Origin: Hyphomicrobiales bacterium
Lineage (GTDB): Bacteria > Pseudomonadota > Alphaproteobacteria > Parvibaculales > Parvibaculaceae
Assembly: GCA_015655095.1 (NCBI GenBank)
Contig: JAATFR010000130.1
Span: forward strand, 1 to 34,551
Length of the DNA: 34,551 nucleotides
Reading direction: 5' to 3'
Shown here in pieces: positions 19,655 to 27,810 of the stretch. How positions within the stretch are numbered: position 1 is the stretch's first letter; every line of letters starts with the position of its first letter. Both the position numbers and the translations under genes were made by a program. Below the pieces are notes generated by a model. The model was given only the letters and a program-made list of their open reading frames with translations, did not search any database and was not told the DNA's origin.

Positions 19655-19672
19655 TTGTATCCGATATCCAAT
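19655..19672 (+). promoter_or_regulatory. Candidate GntR/FCD operator (TTGTATCCGATATCCAAT)
   Basis: It matches 7711-7723 at 12 of 13 positions and contains a direct TATCC repeat. It lies about 115-130 nt upstream of the 19785 ATG. Confidence 0.35.
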
Positions 19673-19784
19673 CTAAGATGCACTCCTCCCCCTATTGCTT
19701 TGCAACCAATCTGGGCCGCAGGCAAATCGAGGCATGGAATGCAACCAAACGAACCCGTCTTAAAGATATTTCCGGGAGTGGATC

Positions 19785-20813
19785 ATGTTCCTAGACCGCG
19801 CCATTACAGTTGTGGGTGCCCATGCAGAAGGGGAGGTCGGCCGTGTCATCACGGGGGGCGTTCTCCCGCCACGCGGGGCTTCGATGTTCGAACGGATGGC
19901 AAATCTGGAACGTGATAGCGCCTGGCTCAGGAACATGCTGCTTTTCGACCCGCGCGGCAGTGTCAACGCAGCTGTGAATTTGATTACCCCGCCGACGAGG
20001 GATGATGCCGATATCGGCATGATTGTCATGGAGTCCGACTATTTCGTTCCCATGTCCGGCTCGAACTTGATCTGCACGGTAACTGTCGCACTGGAAACCG
20101 GCGTTATTCCAATGCGCGGCGCGGAAACCATAGTCCGAGTCGATACCCCCGCCGGTCTTGTCGAGGTGGTTGCCGATTGTACTGACGGCCGGTGCCGGCG
20201 CATTACCTTCCGTAACATCCCCTCCTTCGTCATGCACCGCGACAGCATGATTGAGGTCCCCGGCATTGGTTCATTGCGTGTCGATGTCGCATATGGCGGA
20301 ATGATCTATTGCATCGTCAATGCGACCGATGTCGGCGTGGCGCTTGCCCGTGATGAAGCCCGTGATCTGGTAGAGCTTGGCGAGCGAATCAAAGCCGCTG
20401 CGGCAGAGCAACTCCCCTCTGTTCATCCGGAAAACCCCTCCATTCACACCATAAATCAAACGGAGATCGCCGGCCCCCTTGAAGTGATCGATGGTGTTAA
20501 GACTTCAAAAAATGCGGTCGTCGTCTCGCCAGGCCGGCTTGATCGCTGCCCATGCGGGACGGGAACCTCTGCGCGTATGGCGCTGTTGCATGCGCGGGGC
20601 GAACTCGCAGTTGGAGAGCGCTTTCGACACCTTTCAATTCTCGACACCGCTTTCGAATGTCGTATCGCGGAGACTGCGAAAGCGGGAAATGTGCCCGCCA
20701 TCGTACCGGAGATATCTGGCCGGGCCTGGCTCACGGGCATTAGCTACTATGGTGTTGATCCTGAGGATCCCTTCCCGGAGGGATACCGTCTTTCTGACAC
20801 CTGGTTTCGGTAA
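19785..20813 (+). CDS. Proline racemase superfamily protein (4-hydroxyproline epimerase / 3-hydroxyproline dehydratase-like) with an atypical first catalytic position
   Basis: 342 aa. The N-terminus VVGAHAEGEVGRVITGG and the second catalytic motif DRCPCGTGTSARMA are classic for the family. The first motif reads PMSGSN where Cys/Cys members have M-C-G-H. Confidence 0.85.
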   Translation: MFLDRAITVVGAHAEGEVGRVITGGVLPPRGASMFERMANLERDSAWLRNMLLFDPRGSVNAAVNLITPPTRDDADIGMIVMESDYFVPMSGSNLICTVTVALETGVIPMRGAETIVRVDTPAGLVEVVADCTDGRCRRITFRNIPSFVMHRDSMIEVPGIGSLRVDVAYGGMIYCIVNATDVGVALARDEARDLVELGERIKAAAAEQLPSVHPENPSIHTINQTEIAGPLEVIDGVKTSKNAVVVSPGRLDRCPCGTGTSARMALLHARGELAVGERFRHLSILDTAFECRIAETAKAGNVPAIVPEISGRAWLTGISYYGVDPEDPFPEGYRLSDTWFR

Positions 20814-21150
20814 GCCAAGCTCGACCAAAATTTCCCATCAAGAGGAAGCAAGGCGCCTGACAATATCAAAATGGCCCTCGCCCTTATCAACAGCCGCGCC
20901 CAAATAATTAACATAATCAACGGACGCGGCCGTTTTGTGGTTCTCAAGGGAGTGCCAATGTCTGCGACAGCCTCGAATGACGCGACCTCCCTGGCCAGGA
21001 CCATTGCCATCACCGCCGGTTAACCGGCGGATTTCCTTACCTGACGCAACACTATTTTCTGCACAAGGCACCGCATCCTTTCCGGATGCGACAACCAACC
21101 TTGCAGAACTCGTCAGGAAAAATGGTTTCTGAGTAGACTTGCATTTTCGC

Positions 21151-21180
21151 ATATTGTAGATTGGATGCATTAGCCAATAT
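21151..21180 (+). promoter_or_regulatory. Palindromic element ATATTG-N18-CAATAT with an internal ATTGGATGCAT, upstream of the DapA-like gene
   Basis: The terminal 6-bp arms are reverse complements, with an ATGCAT palindrome in the centre. It shares the CCAATAT and TTGTA/ATTGGAT elements with the other candidate operators. It lies 30-60 nt upstream of ATG 21210. Confidence 0.25.
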
Positions 21181-21209
21181 GGCTGTTGCGAAATTTGAAA
21201 GGTCCGCAA

Positions 21210-22121
21210 ATGATCCGTTGGAAGGGGGTATTCCCCGCGGTAACCACCAAACTGAACGAAAACGGCGCGATTGATCTTCGTGCGACGCAGACAAGTATCG
21301 ACCGGCTGATCGAGAATGGCGTATCAGGAATTATCGTTCTTCCCATGCTTGGCGAGAACGCCTCCCTGCAGCCCCATGAAAGGGAATCCGTCATCCGTGC
21401 AGCCAAGGAAGCCGTAGGGGGCCGCGTCCCTCTTCTGAGCGGGCTCGCCGACATAACGACCGAAGGCGCTGCTGCATCGGCCCGCGCATATCAAGGTTTT
21501 GGCGCGGAAGGTCTCATGGTTTTCCCCAGCCTCGGTTACAAGACGGACCCCCGGGAAACCGGCGAATGGTACAAGGCGATCGCCAAGGCAAGCGATCTGC
21601 CAATCATGATTTACAACAATCCCATCGCATATGGCGTCGACGTTACCCCCGACATCCTTCAGACCCTTGCCGAGTGCCCCACCATCGTTGCGGTGAAGGA
21701 AGAAACCGGCGACGTGCGCCGGGTAACGGACATGTATATTGCTCTTGGGGACCGGTTCTCGATCTTCTGCGGTGTCGATGACCAGATCGTGGAGAGCATG
21801 TCGCTCGGCGCTGTTGGCTGGGTTTCCGGCATGACCAATGCCTGGCCCAAAGAGTGCGTACACATATTCAATCTGTGTGCCGCCGGTAATTTTGCCAAGG
21901 CTCGCGAGCTTTACAGGATCATGACTCCGGCCTTCCATCTCGATACGCATGTGAAGCTCGTGCAGTATATCAAGATGGCAGAGCATCTCGTTTATGGCGA
22001 GCCGGAATGGACGCGCGCCCCGCGCCTGCCGCTGGTTGGCGAGGAGCGTGAGCGCGTCATTTCAACCATCGAGCGCACGATCGAGGAATTGAAAGAAGTG
22101 TCCCTCGGGGCCGCTGCCTGA
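21210..22121 (+). CDS. Dihydrodipicolinate synthase/N-acetylneuraminate lyase family protein (likely 1-pyrroline-4-hydroxy-2-carboxylate deaminase or 5-keto-4-deoxy-acid dehydratase)
   Basis: DapA-family pattern GVFPAVTTKL...G..GIIVLPMLGE...R..V......GRVPLLSG, with the Schiff-base Lys context IVAVKEETGD. I prefer the start at MIRWKG (21210), which has GAAAGG 8 nt upstream. The track start is 21186. Confidence 0.85.
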   Translation: MIRWKGVFPAVTTKLNENGAIDLRATQTSIDRLIENGVSGIIVLPMLGENASLQPHERESVIRAAKEAVGGRVPLLSGLADITTEGAAASARAYQGFGAEGLMVFPSLGYKTDPRETGEWYKAIAKASDLPIMIYNNPIAYGVDVTPDILQTLAECPTIVAVKEETGDVRRVTDMYIALGDRFSIFCGVDDQIVESMSLGAVGWVSGMTNAWPKECVHIFNLCAAGNFAKARELYRIMTPAFHLDTHVKLVQYIKMAEHLVYGEPEWTRAPRLPLVGEERERVISTIERTIEELKEVSLGAAA

Positions 22122-22146
22122 CCGGCAGCCTTCAGTATCACCCAGT

Positions 22147-22177
22147 GAGGCGCGGTCAGCGCGCCTCTATCATTTTT
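22147..22177 (+). terminator. Rho-independent terminator after the DapA-like gene
   Basis: An 8-bp GC stem pairs gaggcgcg (22147-22154) with cgcgcctc (22160-22167) around a 5-nt loop. It is followed by tatcattttt. Confidence 0.6.
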
Positions 22178-22302
22178 GTAGGCCCTCTGACATATGAGGC
22201 CGCCCAAAACGGTTATCCCGGCCCGTCCCCAAACCAATATGTTCCCAAACGAATATCAGGAGGGGCGGACCGGCCGAGACCGGAAATTGGTGAAAGATCA
22301 AA

Positions 22303-23745
22303 ATGGCATCGGGATACCCTGTTACAAACCTCTACATTGCCGGCCACTGGCGCGAGGCTGAAGATCACGCATCTCTGGGCGTTGTAAACCCGGCGACTGG
22401 TGAAGAGATAGGCCGTCTTGCCAAGGCGGGTCCCGTCGATCTCGACGAGGCACTGGAGGCCGCAGCAAAAGGGTTTGCAATCTGGCGTGCCGTCTCCGCT
22501 TTCGAACGCTCCGGGCTGTTGCGCAAGGCAGCCCAGATCTTGCGTGAGCGCGCCGAAGACATTGCGCGCATCATGACCATGGAACAGGGCAAGCCGTTGG
22601 CCGAGTCCCGCATGGAGACTCTGGCCGCGGCCGATACCATCGACTGGTTCGCCGAGGAAGCGCGCCGCACATATGGTCGCGTGATCCCGGCACGCGCCAG
22701 CTCTGTCTCGCAGCTGGTGATCCGTGAGCCCGTGGGGCCAGTTGCCGCTTTCTCGCCCTGGAACTTTCCGATCAATCAGGCGGTGCGCAAAATCTCCGCT
22801 GCACTTGCAACCGGCTGCTCAATTATTCTGAAGGGGCCTGAGGAAACGCCGGCCTCCTGTGCCGCTCTGGTCAAGGCCTTTGCCGATGCTGGCCTTCCTG
22901 CAGGGGTCCTCAACCTTGTCTTTGGCGTTCCCTCCGAGATTTCCTCCTATCTCATTCCCCATCCGGTCATCCGCAAAATCACCTTTACCGGCTCGACTCC
23001 CGTCGGCAAGCAACTGGCCGCTCTGGCCGGCCTGCACATGAAGCGGGCAACCATGGAACTGGGCGGCCATGCTGCCGTGCTTGTGTTCGAGGACGCGGAT
23101 ATCGAGATGGCGGCGAAACTGGCGGCCATGGCGAAATTTCGCAATGCGGGTCAGGTTTGCGTCTCCCCCACGCGTTTTCTGGTGCAGGAATCCGTGGTCG
23201 GAGATTTTACCAGCCACTTTCTTCGGTTTGCTGAAGCGATCAAGGTCGGCGACGGCCTTGAAGCTGACACCTCCATGGGACCGCTTGCCAATGCGCGCCG
23301 GGTCGACGCGATGGAACGGCTCACCGCCGATGCCGTCGCCAAGGGCGCCAAGCTCCGGCTAGGGGGCAAGCGCCACGGCAACAAAGGCAACTTCTTTCTT
23401 CCGACCGTTCTGACAGGCGTGCCTCTGGACGCAGCCATGATGAATGAAGAACCGTTCGGACCGATCGCGATTATCAACAGCTTTACGGGTCTGGAGGATG
23501 CATTGGCGGAAGCCAACCGCCTGCCCTTTGGTCTTTCCGCCTATGCCTATACACGCTCGGCCAAAACGGCCCAGGCGGTTACGGCCGGAATCGAGACCGG
23601 CATGCTCTCCATCAACCATCACGGACTGGCTTTGCCCGAAACGCCATTCGGCGGCGTCAAGGATTCAGGCTATGGCTCTGAAGGCGGCAGCGAAGCACTG
23701 GAAGCATATCTGAACACCAAGTTTGTTACCCACGCGCATATATAA
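22303..23745 (+). CDS. NAD(P)-dependent aldehyde dehydrogenase (2,5-dioxovalerate / succinate-semialdehyde dehydrogenase-like)
   Basis: 480 aa and colinear with 2182..3621 over the full length, roughly two-thirds identical by eye. For example, [36 protein letters not shown] aligns with [42 protein letters not shown] and [12 protein letters not shown] are conserved. Confidence 0.9.
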   Translation: MASGYPVTNLYIAGHWREAEDHASLGVVNPATGEEIGRLAKAGPVDLDEALEAAAKGFAIWRAVSAFERSGLLRKAAQILRERAEDIARIMTMEQGKPLAESRMETLAAADTIDWFAEEARRTYGRVIPARASSVSQLVIREPVGPVAAFSPWNFPINQAVRKISAALATGCSIILKGPEETPASCAALVKAFADAGLPAGVLNLVFGVPSEISSYLIPHPVIRKITFTGSTPVGKQLAALAGLHMKRATMELGGHAAVLVFEDADIEMAAKLAAMAKFRNAGQVCVSPTRFLVQESVVGDFTSHFLRFAEAIKVGDGLEADTSMGPLANARRVDAMERLTADAVAKGAKLRLGGKRHGNKGNFFLPTVLTGVPLDAAMMNEEPFGPIAIINSFTGLEDALAEANRLPFGLSAYAYTRSAKTAQAVTAGIETGMLSINHHGLALPETPFGGVKDSGYGSEGGSEALEAYLNTKFVTHAHI

Positions 23746-23825
23746 CGTGCACCGGCTTGCCGGAGCCTGCCGCCTGTAAAATGGCATCGGGTTCCGGCAT
23801 CCGTGGTTCCATGGACGCCGCTCCT

Positions 23826-25418
23826 TCAGCCGTTCATGTCATGAAGGGCCCGGAAGGCCTTGTAGAGATTGCGCGGATCAAGCTGCCCCTTGAACACGGC
23901 TGGCGGCTTTCGATCGAGACCAAGCAGTTCGTAGACTGCCGTCATCGCTGATCGGACCGAATATTCAACAGTGAAGACGACGTCGTCCGGCTGTTCGCAG
24001 AACTGGCCGGTGACAGCGAAATTGGCATATCCCTCAGGATGTACACGGGGACGGTCGCCCTTCTTGCGCGCCAGAAACTGGCTCGTGATGAACGGCATCA
24101 TGCAGGGCAAACAGATGGCCCCGGCCATGATCGTTTCAGCGCGGGCGGACGCGCCCAGATGCCCCAGCAACTCAGTCATGATCTCACGACCATTACAGGC
24201 CGCCATCGATTTGCCTACATGGTCGCCCGGCTTGTCGATCGACAAGGCATAACCCCACAGCACTTGAACATCGTCGGGCTGGTCGATGAAATGCGGCTGG
24301 TGCGGCAGCACGATCGACATCAGCCATGCAGAACCGACAAAAGTGATCAGGCCACCCTCGCCGGGAACATTGCCAGTGAAGTCGCGGATCAGGTCAAACA
24401 GTTCTGTGTTCTTTAAAGTGGTGGTGAACGACATCCATTTGGACTCGTCGACATGATCCGTGAAGTTAACCGGATTGCCCAGCTCAGGCCGGCCTCTGGC
24501 GATAGTTTCCCACAAGGTCCAGGCGCCGCCTGTACGCTTGCCGTTCAAAGCCGGAGCAGCATCCATCGTTCCATTCGAGGACGCTTCGGTCATTGACCCC
24601 AGCGTGGCGATGACCAGATCCTCCGGCCCCACAGCAATCTGCCCAGCGCGCCCCGAACGCTCATAGAGGATCGCCTCGACAAATCTGAGGCTATCGCGTT
24701 CGACAAAAGTGATATCCGTTACCTTCGTGGCAAGCTCAAACCGGACTCCACGTTCGACCAGCCATTTATGCAGGGGCAGCACCAGCGAGTCATACTGGTT
24801 ATAATAGGTTCGCATGATCCCGCGCAGTTCGTTGAAGCCCGCGACCATATGAGTGAACCGCACAAAATAGCGCTTGAGCTCAACCACGCTGTGCCAGGGC
24901 TGGAAGGCGAAAGTGGTGCACCACATGAACCAGAAATTCGTCTCGAAGAACGCCTCGTCAAAATGATCCCTGATCCGGCTGTTGCCCAGAAACGCTTCAG
25001 GCTCGACCATCAACTTTTCGATGGTCAGGATATGTTTCTCGGAAAGACCAAACTTCGGCGCATCAATTTTATGACCGTTGCGCACCAGTCTCGACTTTGA
25101 GCCCGTCTTGATGACCTCGTTCCACTGCATGATCTCCTGTGTGACAGTCTGCCTGCCATCAAGCGTCGGAATCGAGTCGTAGAGATCGAAGGTGCAGAGA
25201 TATTTTCTCTCGATCATCCGCCCACCTCGGACAATATAACCGTGCTCAGCGTCACCTGCGCCGTCAAGCGCACCCCCCAACCGTTCAAGCTCTTCATAGA
25301 TGGTGATATTCTTGCCCAGCAGATCGCCGTCGCGAATCAGAATGGCCGCGGCAGCCAGCGAGGCTATGCCACCGCCCACAAGATGGGCCTTGGTCTCTGT
25401 GTGATCAGGTTTTGACAT
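23826..25418 (-). CDS. ohyA: Oleate hydratase (MCRA / myosin-cross-reactive-antigen family, FAD-dependent)
   Basis: 530 aa. The N-terminus KAHLVGGGIASLAAAAILIRDG...ITIYEE....GGALDG......GYIVRGGRM and the length are characteristic of the MCRA fatty-acid hydratase family. A strong GGAGG lies 7 nt upstream of the ATG. Confidence 0.85.
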   Translation of the reverse strand: MSKPDHTETKAHLVGGGIASLAAAAILIRDGDLLGKNITIYEELERLGGALDGAGDAEHGYIVRGGRMIERKYLCTFDLYDSIPTLDGRQTVTQEIMQWNEVIKTGSKSRLVRNGHKIDAPKFGLSEKHILTIEKLMVEPEAFLGNSRIRDHFDEAFFETNFWFMWCTTFAFQPWHSVVELKRYFVRFTHMVAGFNELRGIMRTYYNQYDSLVLPLHKWLVERGVRFELATKVTDITFVERDSLRFVEAILYERSGRAGQIAVGPEDLVIATLGSMTEASSNGTMDAAPALNGKRTGGAWTLWETIARGRPELGNPVNFTDHVDESKWMSFTTTLKNTELFDLIRDFTGNVPGEGGLITFVGSAWLMSIVLPHQPHFIDQPDDVQVLWGYALSIDKPGDHVGKSMAACNGREIMTELLGHLGASARAETIMAGAICLPCMMPFITSQFLARKKGDRPRVHPEGYANFAVTGQFCEQPDDVVFTVEYSVRSAMTAVYELLGLDRKPPAVFKGQLDPRNLYKAFRALHDMNG

Positions 25419-25446
25419 GGCAGGCGCCTCCTTGATTTCAGGAACG

Positions 25447-25461
25447 GCTTGTCAGACAAGC
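25447..25461. promoter_or_regulatory. Perfect 7-1-7 palindrome GCTTGTCaGACAAGC upstream of ohyA
   Basis: Seen directly in the sequence, about 30-45 nt upstream of the ohyA ATG. It is a candidate operator or 5'-UTR hairpin. Confidence 0.3.
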
Positions 25462-25565
25462 TATGCCCTTTCCCCTCTCGTGTCCATGACACGCGCGGCC
25501 ACATGAGGCGGCTCTCGCACTCAGATATATGCAGATCAACAAATGATCGGCATTCCTGCGCGAGT

Positions 25566-25579
25566 TTGATTGCAATCAA
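25566..25579. promoter_or_regulatory. Perfect 14-bp palindrome TTGATTGCAATCAA in the ohyA/adh divergent region
   Basis: Seen directly in the sequence, about 115 nt upstream of the ADH start 25694. It is a candidate operator for an unlinked regulator. Confidence 0.3.
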
Positions 25580-25693
25580 GCCGTAGCGGCGCATTAATGT
25601 CATGATGCAGGTCCGCCAGCAGCGAGCGAAGGAACCGTCGACATAATGCAGGAGGACATTTTGGCTCTGGCTTTTGAAGGCCGGCATGATGTT

Positions 25694-26677
25694 ATGAAGG
25701 CCATGGTGCTCCATGCCGCCGGAGAACGGTTGACTCTTGAAGAGCGGCCAATCCCCGTTCCGGGGCCAAATGAAATCCGTGTGCGCATTGAAGCCTGCGC
25801 CGTCTGCCGGACCGATCTGCACGTCGTCGATGGTGAACTGCCAGACGAGGCGTTTCCGATCATTCCCGGCCATGAGATAGTCGGTATCGTCGAAGCGCTG
25901 GGTGCGGGAGAAACCAGACACATTGTCGGCTCAAGGGTTGGCATTCCATGGCTTGGGCATACCTGCGGCGTCTGTCCCTATTGCACTTCGCATCATGAGA
26001 ATCTTTGCGACAATCCGCTGTTCACGGGCTACACGCGTGATGGCGGGTTCGCAACTCATGTGGTTGCCGATGCGGCGTTCGCCTTCTCGCTCGCCGGGTT
26101 TGACGACCCCGTTGCAGCAGCGCCCCTGATGTGCGCAGGCCTGATCGGCTGGCGTTCGCTCAAGCTGGCGGGAGATGGCCACAAGATCGGTCTCTATGGC
26201 TATGGCGCGGCAGCTCATATTCTGGCGCAGGTCTGCCGCTGGCAAGGCCGGGAGATCTATGCTTTCACGCGCATCGGCGACTCTGCCGCACAGGAGCTTG
26301 CCCGCGCCCTCGGCGCGAAATGGGCCGGAAATTCCGATGAGGCCCCACCTGAACGCCTCGATGCCGCGATCATCTTTGCGCCCGTGGGCAATCTCGTACC
26401 GGCGGCTCTGCGCGCCGTGCGCAAGGGCGGCCGCGTCGTCTGCGGTGGAATCCATATGAGCGATATTCCACAATTTCCCTACAGCATTCTGTGGGAGGAG
26501 CGACAGATCCTTTCCGTCGCCAATCTCACCCGTGAGGATGCCGTCGAATTTCTGGAACTCGCCCCCAGGGCTGGCGTGAAAACGACGACAAATATCTATC
26601 CGCTCGCTCAGGCGAATGAGGCGCTCGCCGATCTGCGTGCTGGGCGCTTTCAGGGCGCAGCGGTTCTGGTGCCCTAA
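25694..26677 (+). CDS. Zinc-dependent alcohol dehydrogenase family protein
   Basis: MKAMVLHAAGERL...CAVCRTDLHVVDGE...PGHEIVG provides the catalytic Zn ligands and CGVCPYCTSHHENLC the structural Zn site. GLYGYGAAAH is a Rossmann variant. I prefer the start at MKAMVL (25694). The track start is 25646. Confidence 0.85.
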   Translation: MKAMVLHAAGERLTLEERPIPVPGPNEIRVRIEACAVCRTDLHVVDGELPDEAFPIIPGHEIVGIVEALGAGETRHIVGSRVGIPWLGHTCGVCPYCTSHHENLCDNPLFTGYTRDGGFATHVVADAAFAFSLAGFDDPVAAAPLMCAGLIGWRSLKLAGDGHKIGLYGYGAAAHILAQVCRWQGREIYAFTRIGDSAAQELARALGAKWAGNSDEAPPERLDAAIIFAPVGNLVPAALRAVRKGGRVVCGGIHMSDIPQFPYSILWEERQILSVANLTREDAVEFLELAPRAGVKTTTNIYPLAQANEALADLRAGRFQGAAVLVP

Positions 26678-26719
26678 GGGCCATCGCTGGCACCGACGGC
26701 ACCTGTTCCGGATGAACCG

Positions 26720-27748
26720 TTAACCCTGAAAGTCGAGCACGATACGCCCTTGAATATCGCCCTTGTGCATGCGGTCAAAAACATCGTTGATATTCTCGAG
26801 TGAATCCGTCGCGATGGTCGCCTTGACCTTGCCCTCGTCCGCAAAATTCAGAGCTTCCTGCAGGTCAAGGCGCGTTCCAACAATCGAGCCCCGCACGGTC
26901 ACGCCGTTGAGCACCGTGTCGAAGATCGACAGAGGGAAATCACCCGGCGGCAGACCGTTGAGAGAAACCGTTCCGCCACGGCCAACCATGCCCAGCGCCT
27001 GTTCAAAGGCCTTGGGCGAGACAGCAGTAACGAGAACACCCTGTGCGCCGCCCACTTCTTTCTTCACAAATGCGATCGGATCAGCCTTGCGGGCATTCAC
27101 GGTGAGCGCAGCACCGAGCTGTCTGGCGAGATCAAGCTTGGAATCATCGATATCGACGGCGATCACGTTGAGGCCCATGGCCTTGGCGTACTGGACAGCC
27201 AGATGACCAAGGCCGCCTATTCCTGAAATAACCACCCAGTCATCAGGTTTGGTGTCCGTTACCTTGAGCCCCTTATAGACGGTTACGCCAGCGCAAAGGA
27301 TCGGCGCGATGTCGACAAAATTCACCTTGTCAGGAAGGTGTCCGACATAATTGGGATCGGCGACGACATATTCCGCAAAGCTGCCATTCACCGAATAGCC
27401 CGTATTCTCCTGACTGTAGCAAAGCGTTTCCCAGCCACCAAGGCAATGCTTGCAATGGCCGCAGGCAGTGTAGAGCCAGGGCACGCCGACGCGATCACCT
27501 TCCTTGACGTGCCGCACGCCCGTGCCGACGCCGACAACATGTCCGACACCCTCATGACCCGGAATGAAGGGAGGCTTTGGCCTGACTGGCCAGTCGCCAT
27601 CAACGGCATGGAGATCTGTATGGCAAACACCCGTCGCCGCGATCTTGACGAGAATCTGCCCTGGACCAACCTCCGGTATCGGAACCTCTTCGATTATCAG
27701 CGGTTTTCCGAATTCGCGCACGACCGCTGCCTTCATGGTTTTCGCCAT
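26720..27748 (-). CDS. adhP: Zinc-dependent alcohol dehydrogenase, AdhP (propanol-preferring) type
   Basis: [13 protein letters not shown]...[15 protein letters not shown]...[22 protein letters not shown] and [17 protein letters not shown] are present. GGGGG lies 5 nt upstream of the ATG. Confidence 0.9.
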   Translation of the reverse strand: MAKTMKAAVVREFGKPLIIEEVPIPEVGPGQILVKIAATGVCHTDLHAVDGDWPVRPKPPFIPGHEGVGHVVGVGTGVRHVKEGDRVGVPWLYTACGHCKHCLGGWETLCYSQENTGYSVNGSFAEYVVADPNYVGHLPDKVNFVDIAPILCAGVTVYKGLKVTDTKPDDWVVISGIGGLGHLAVQYAKAMGLNVIAVDIDDSKLDLARQLGAALTVNARKADPIAFVKKEVGGAQGVLVTAVSPKAFEQALGMVGRGGTVSLNGLPPGDFPLSIFDTVLNGVTVRGSIVGTRLDLQEALNFADEGKVKATIATDSLENINDVFDRMHKGDIQGRIVLDFQG

Positions 27749-27810
27749 TGAAACCCCCTGAGATTGAAGAATCTGTCCTGGAGAATTATCCGCCCCATGA
27801 GCGGTTATTT

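Noticed and set aside
20838-21209. ORFs of 123 aa and 88 aa on the minus strand filling the spacer between the proline-racemase-like and DapA-like genes.
   Set aside because: I found no motifs, plausible start context or family resemblance. Their composition is heterogeneous. I treated the region as a non-coding leader instead.
25364-25921. ORFs of 185 aa and 114 aa on the minus strand spanning the ohyA/adh spacer.
   Set aside because: They overlap both the ohyA start and the ADH N-terminus, which carries clear Zn-ADH motifs on the plus strand.
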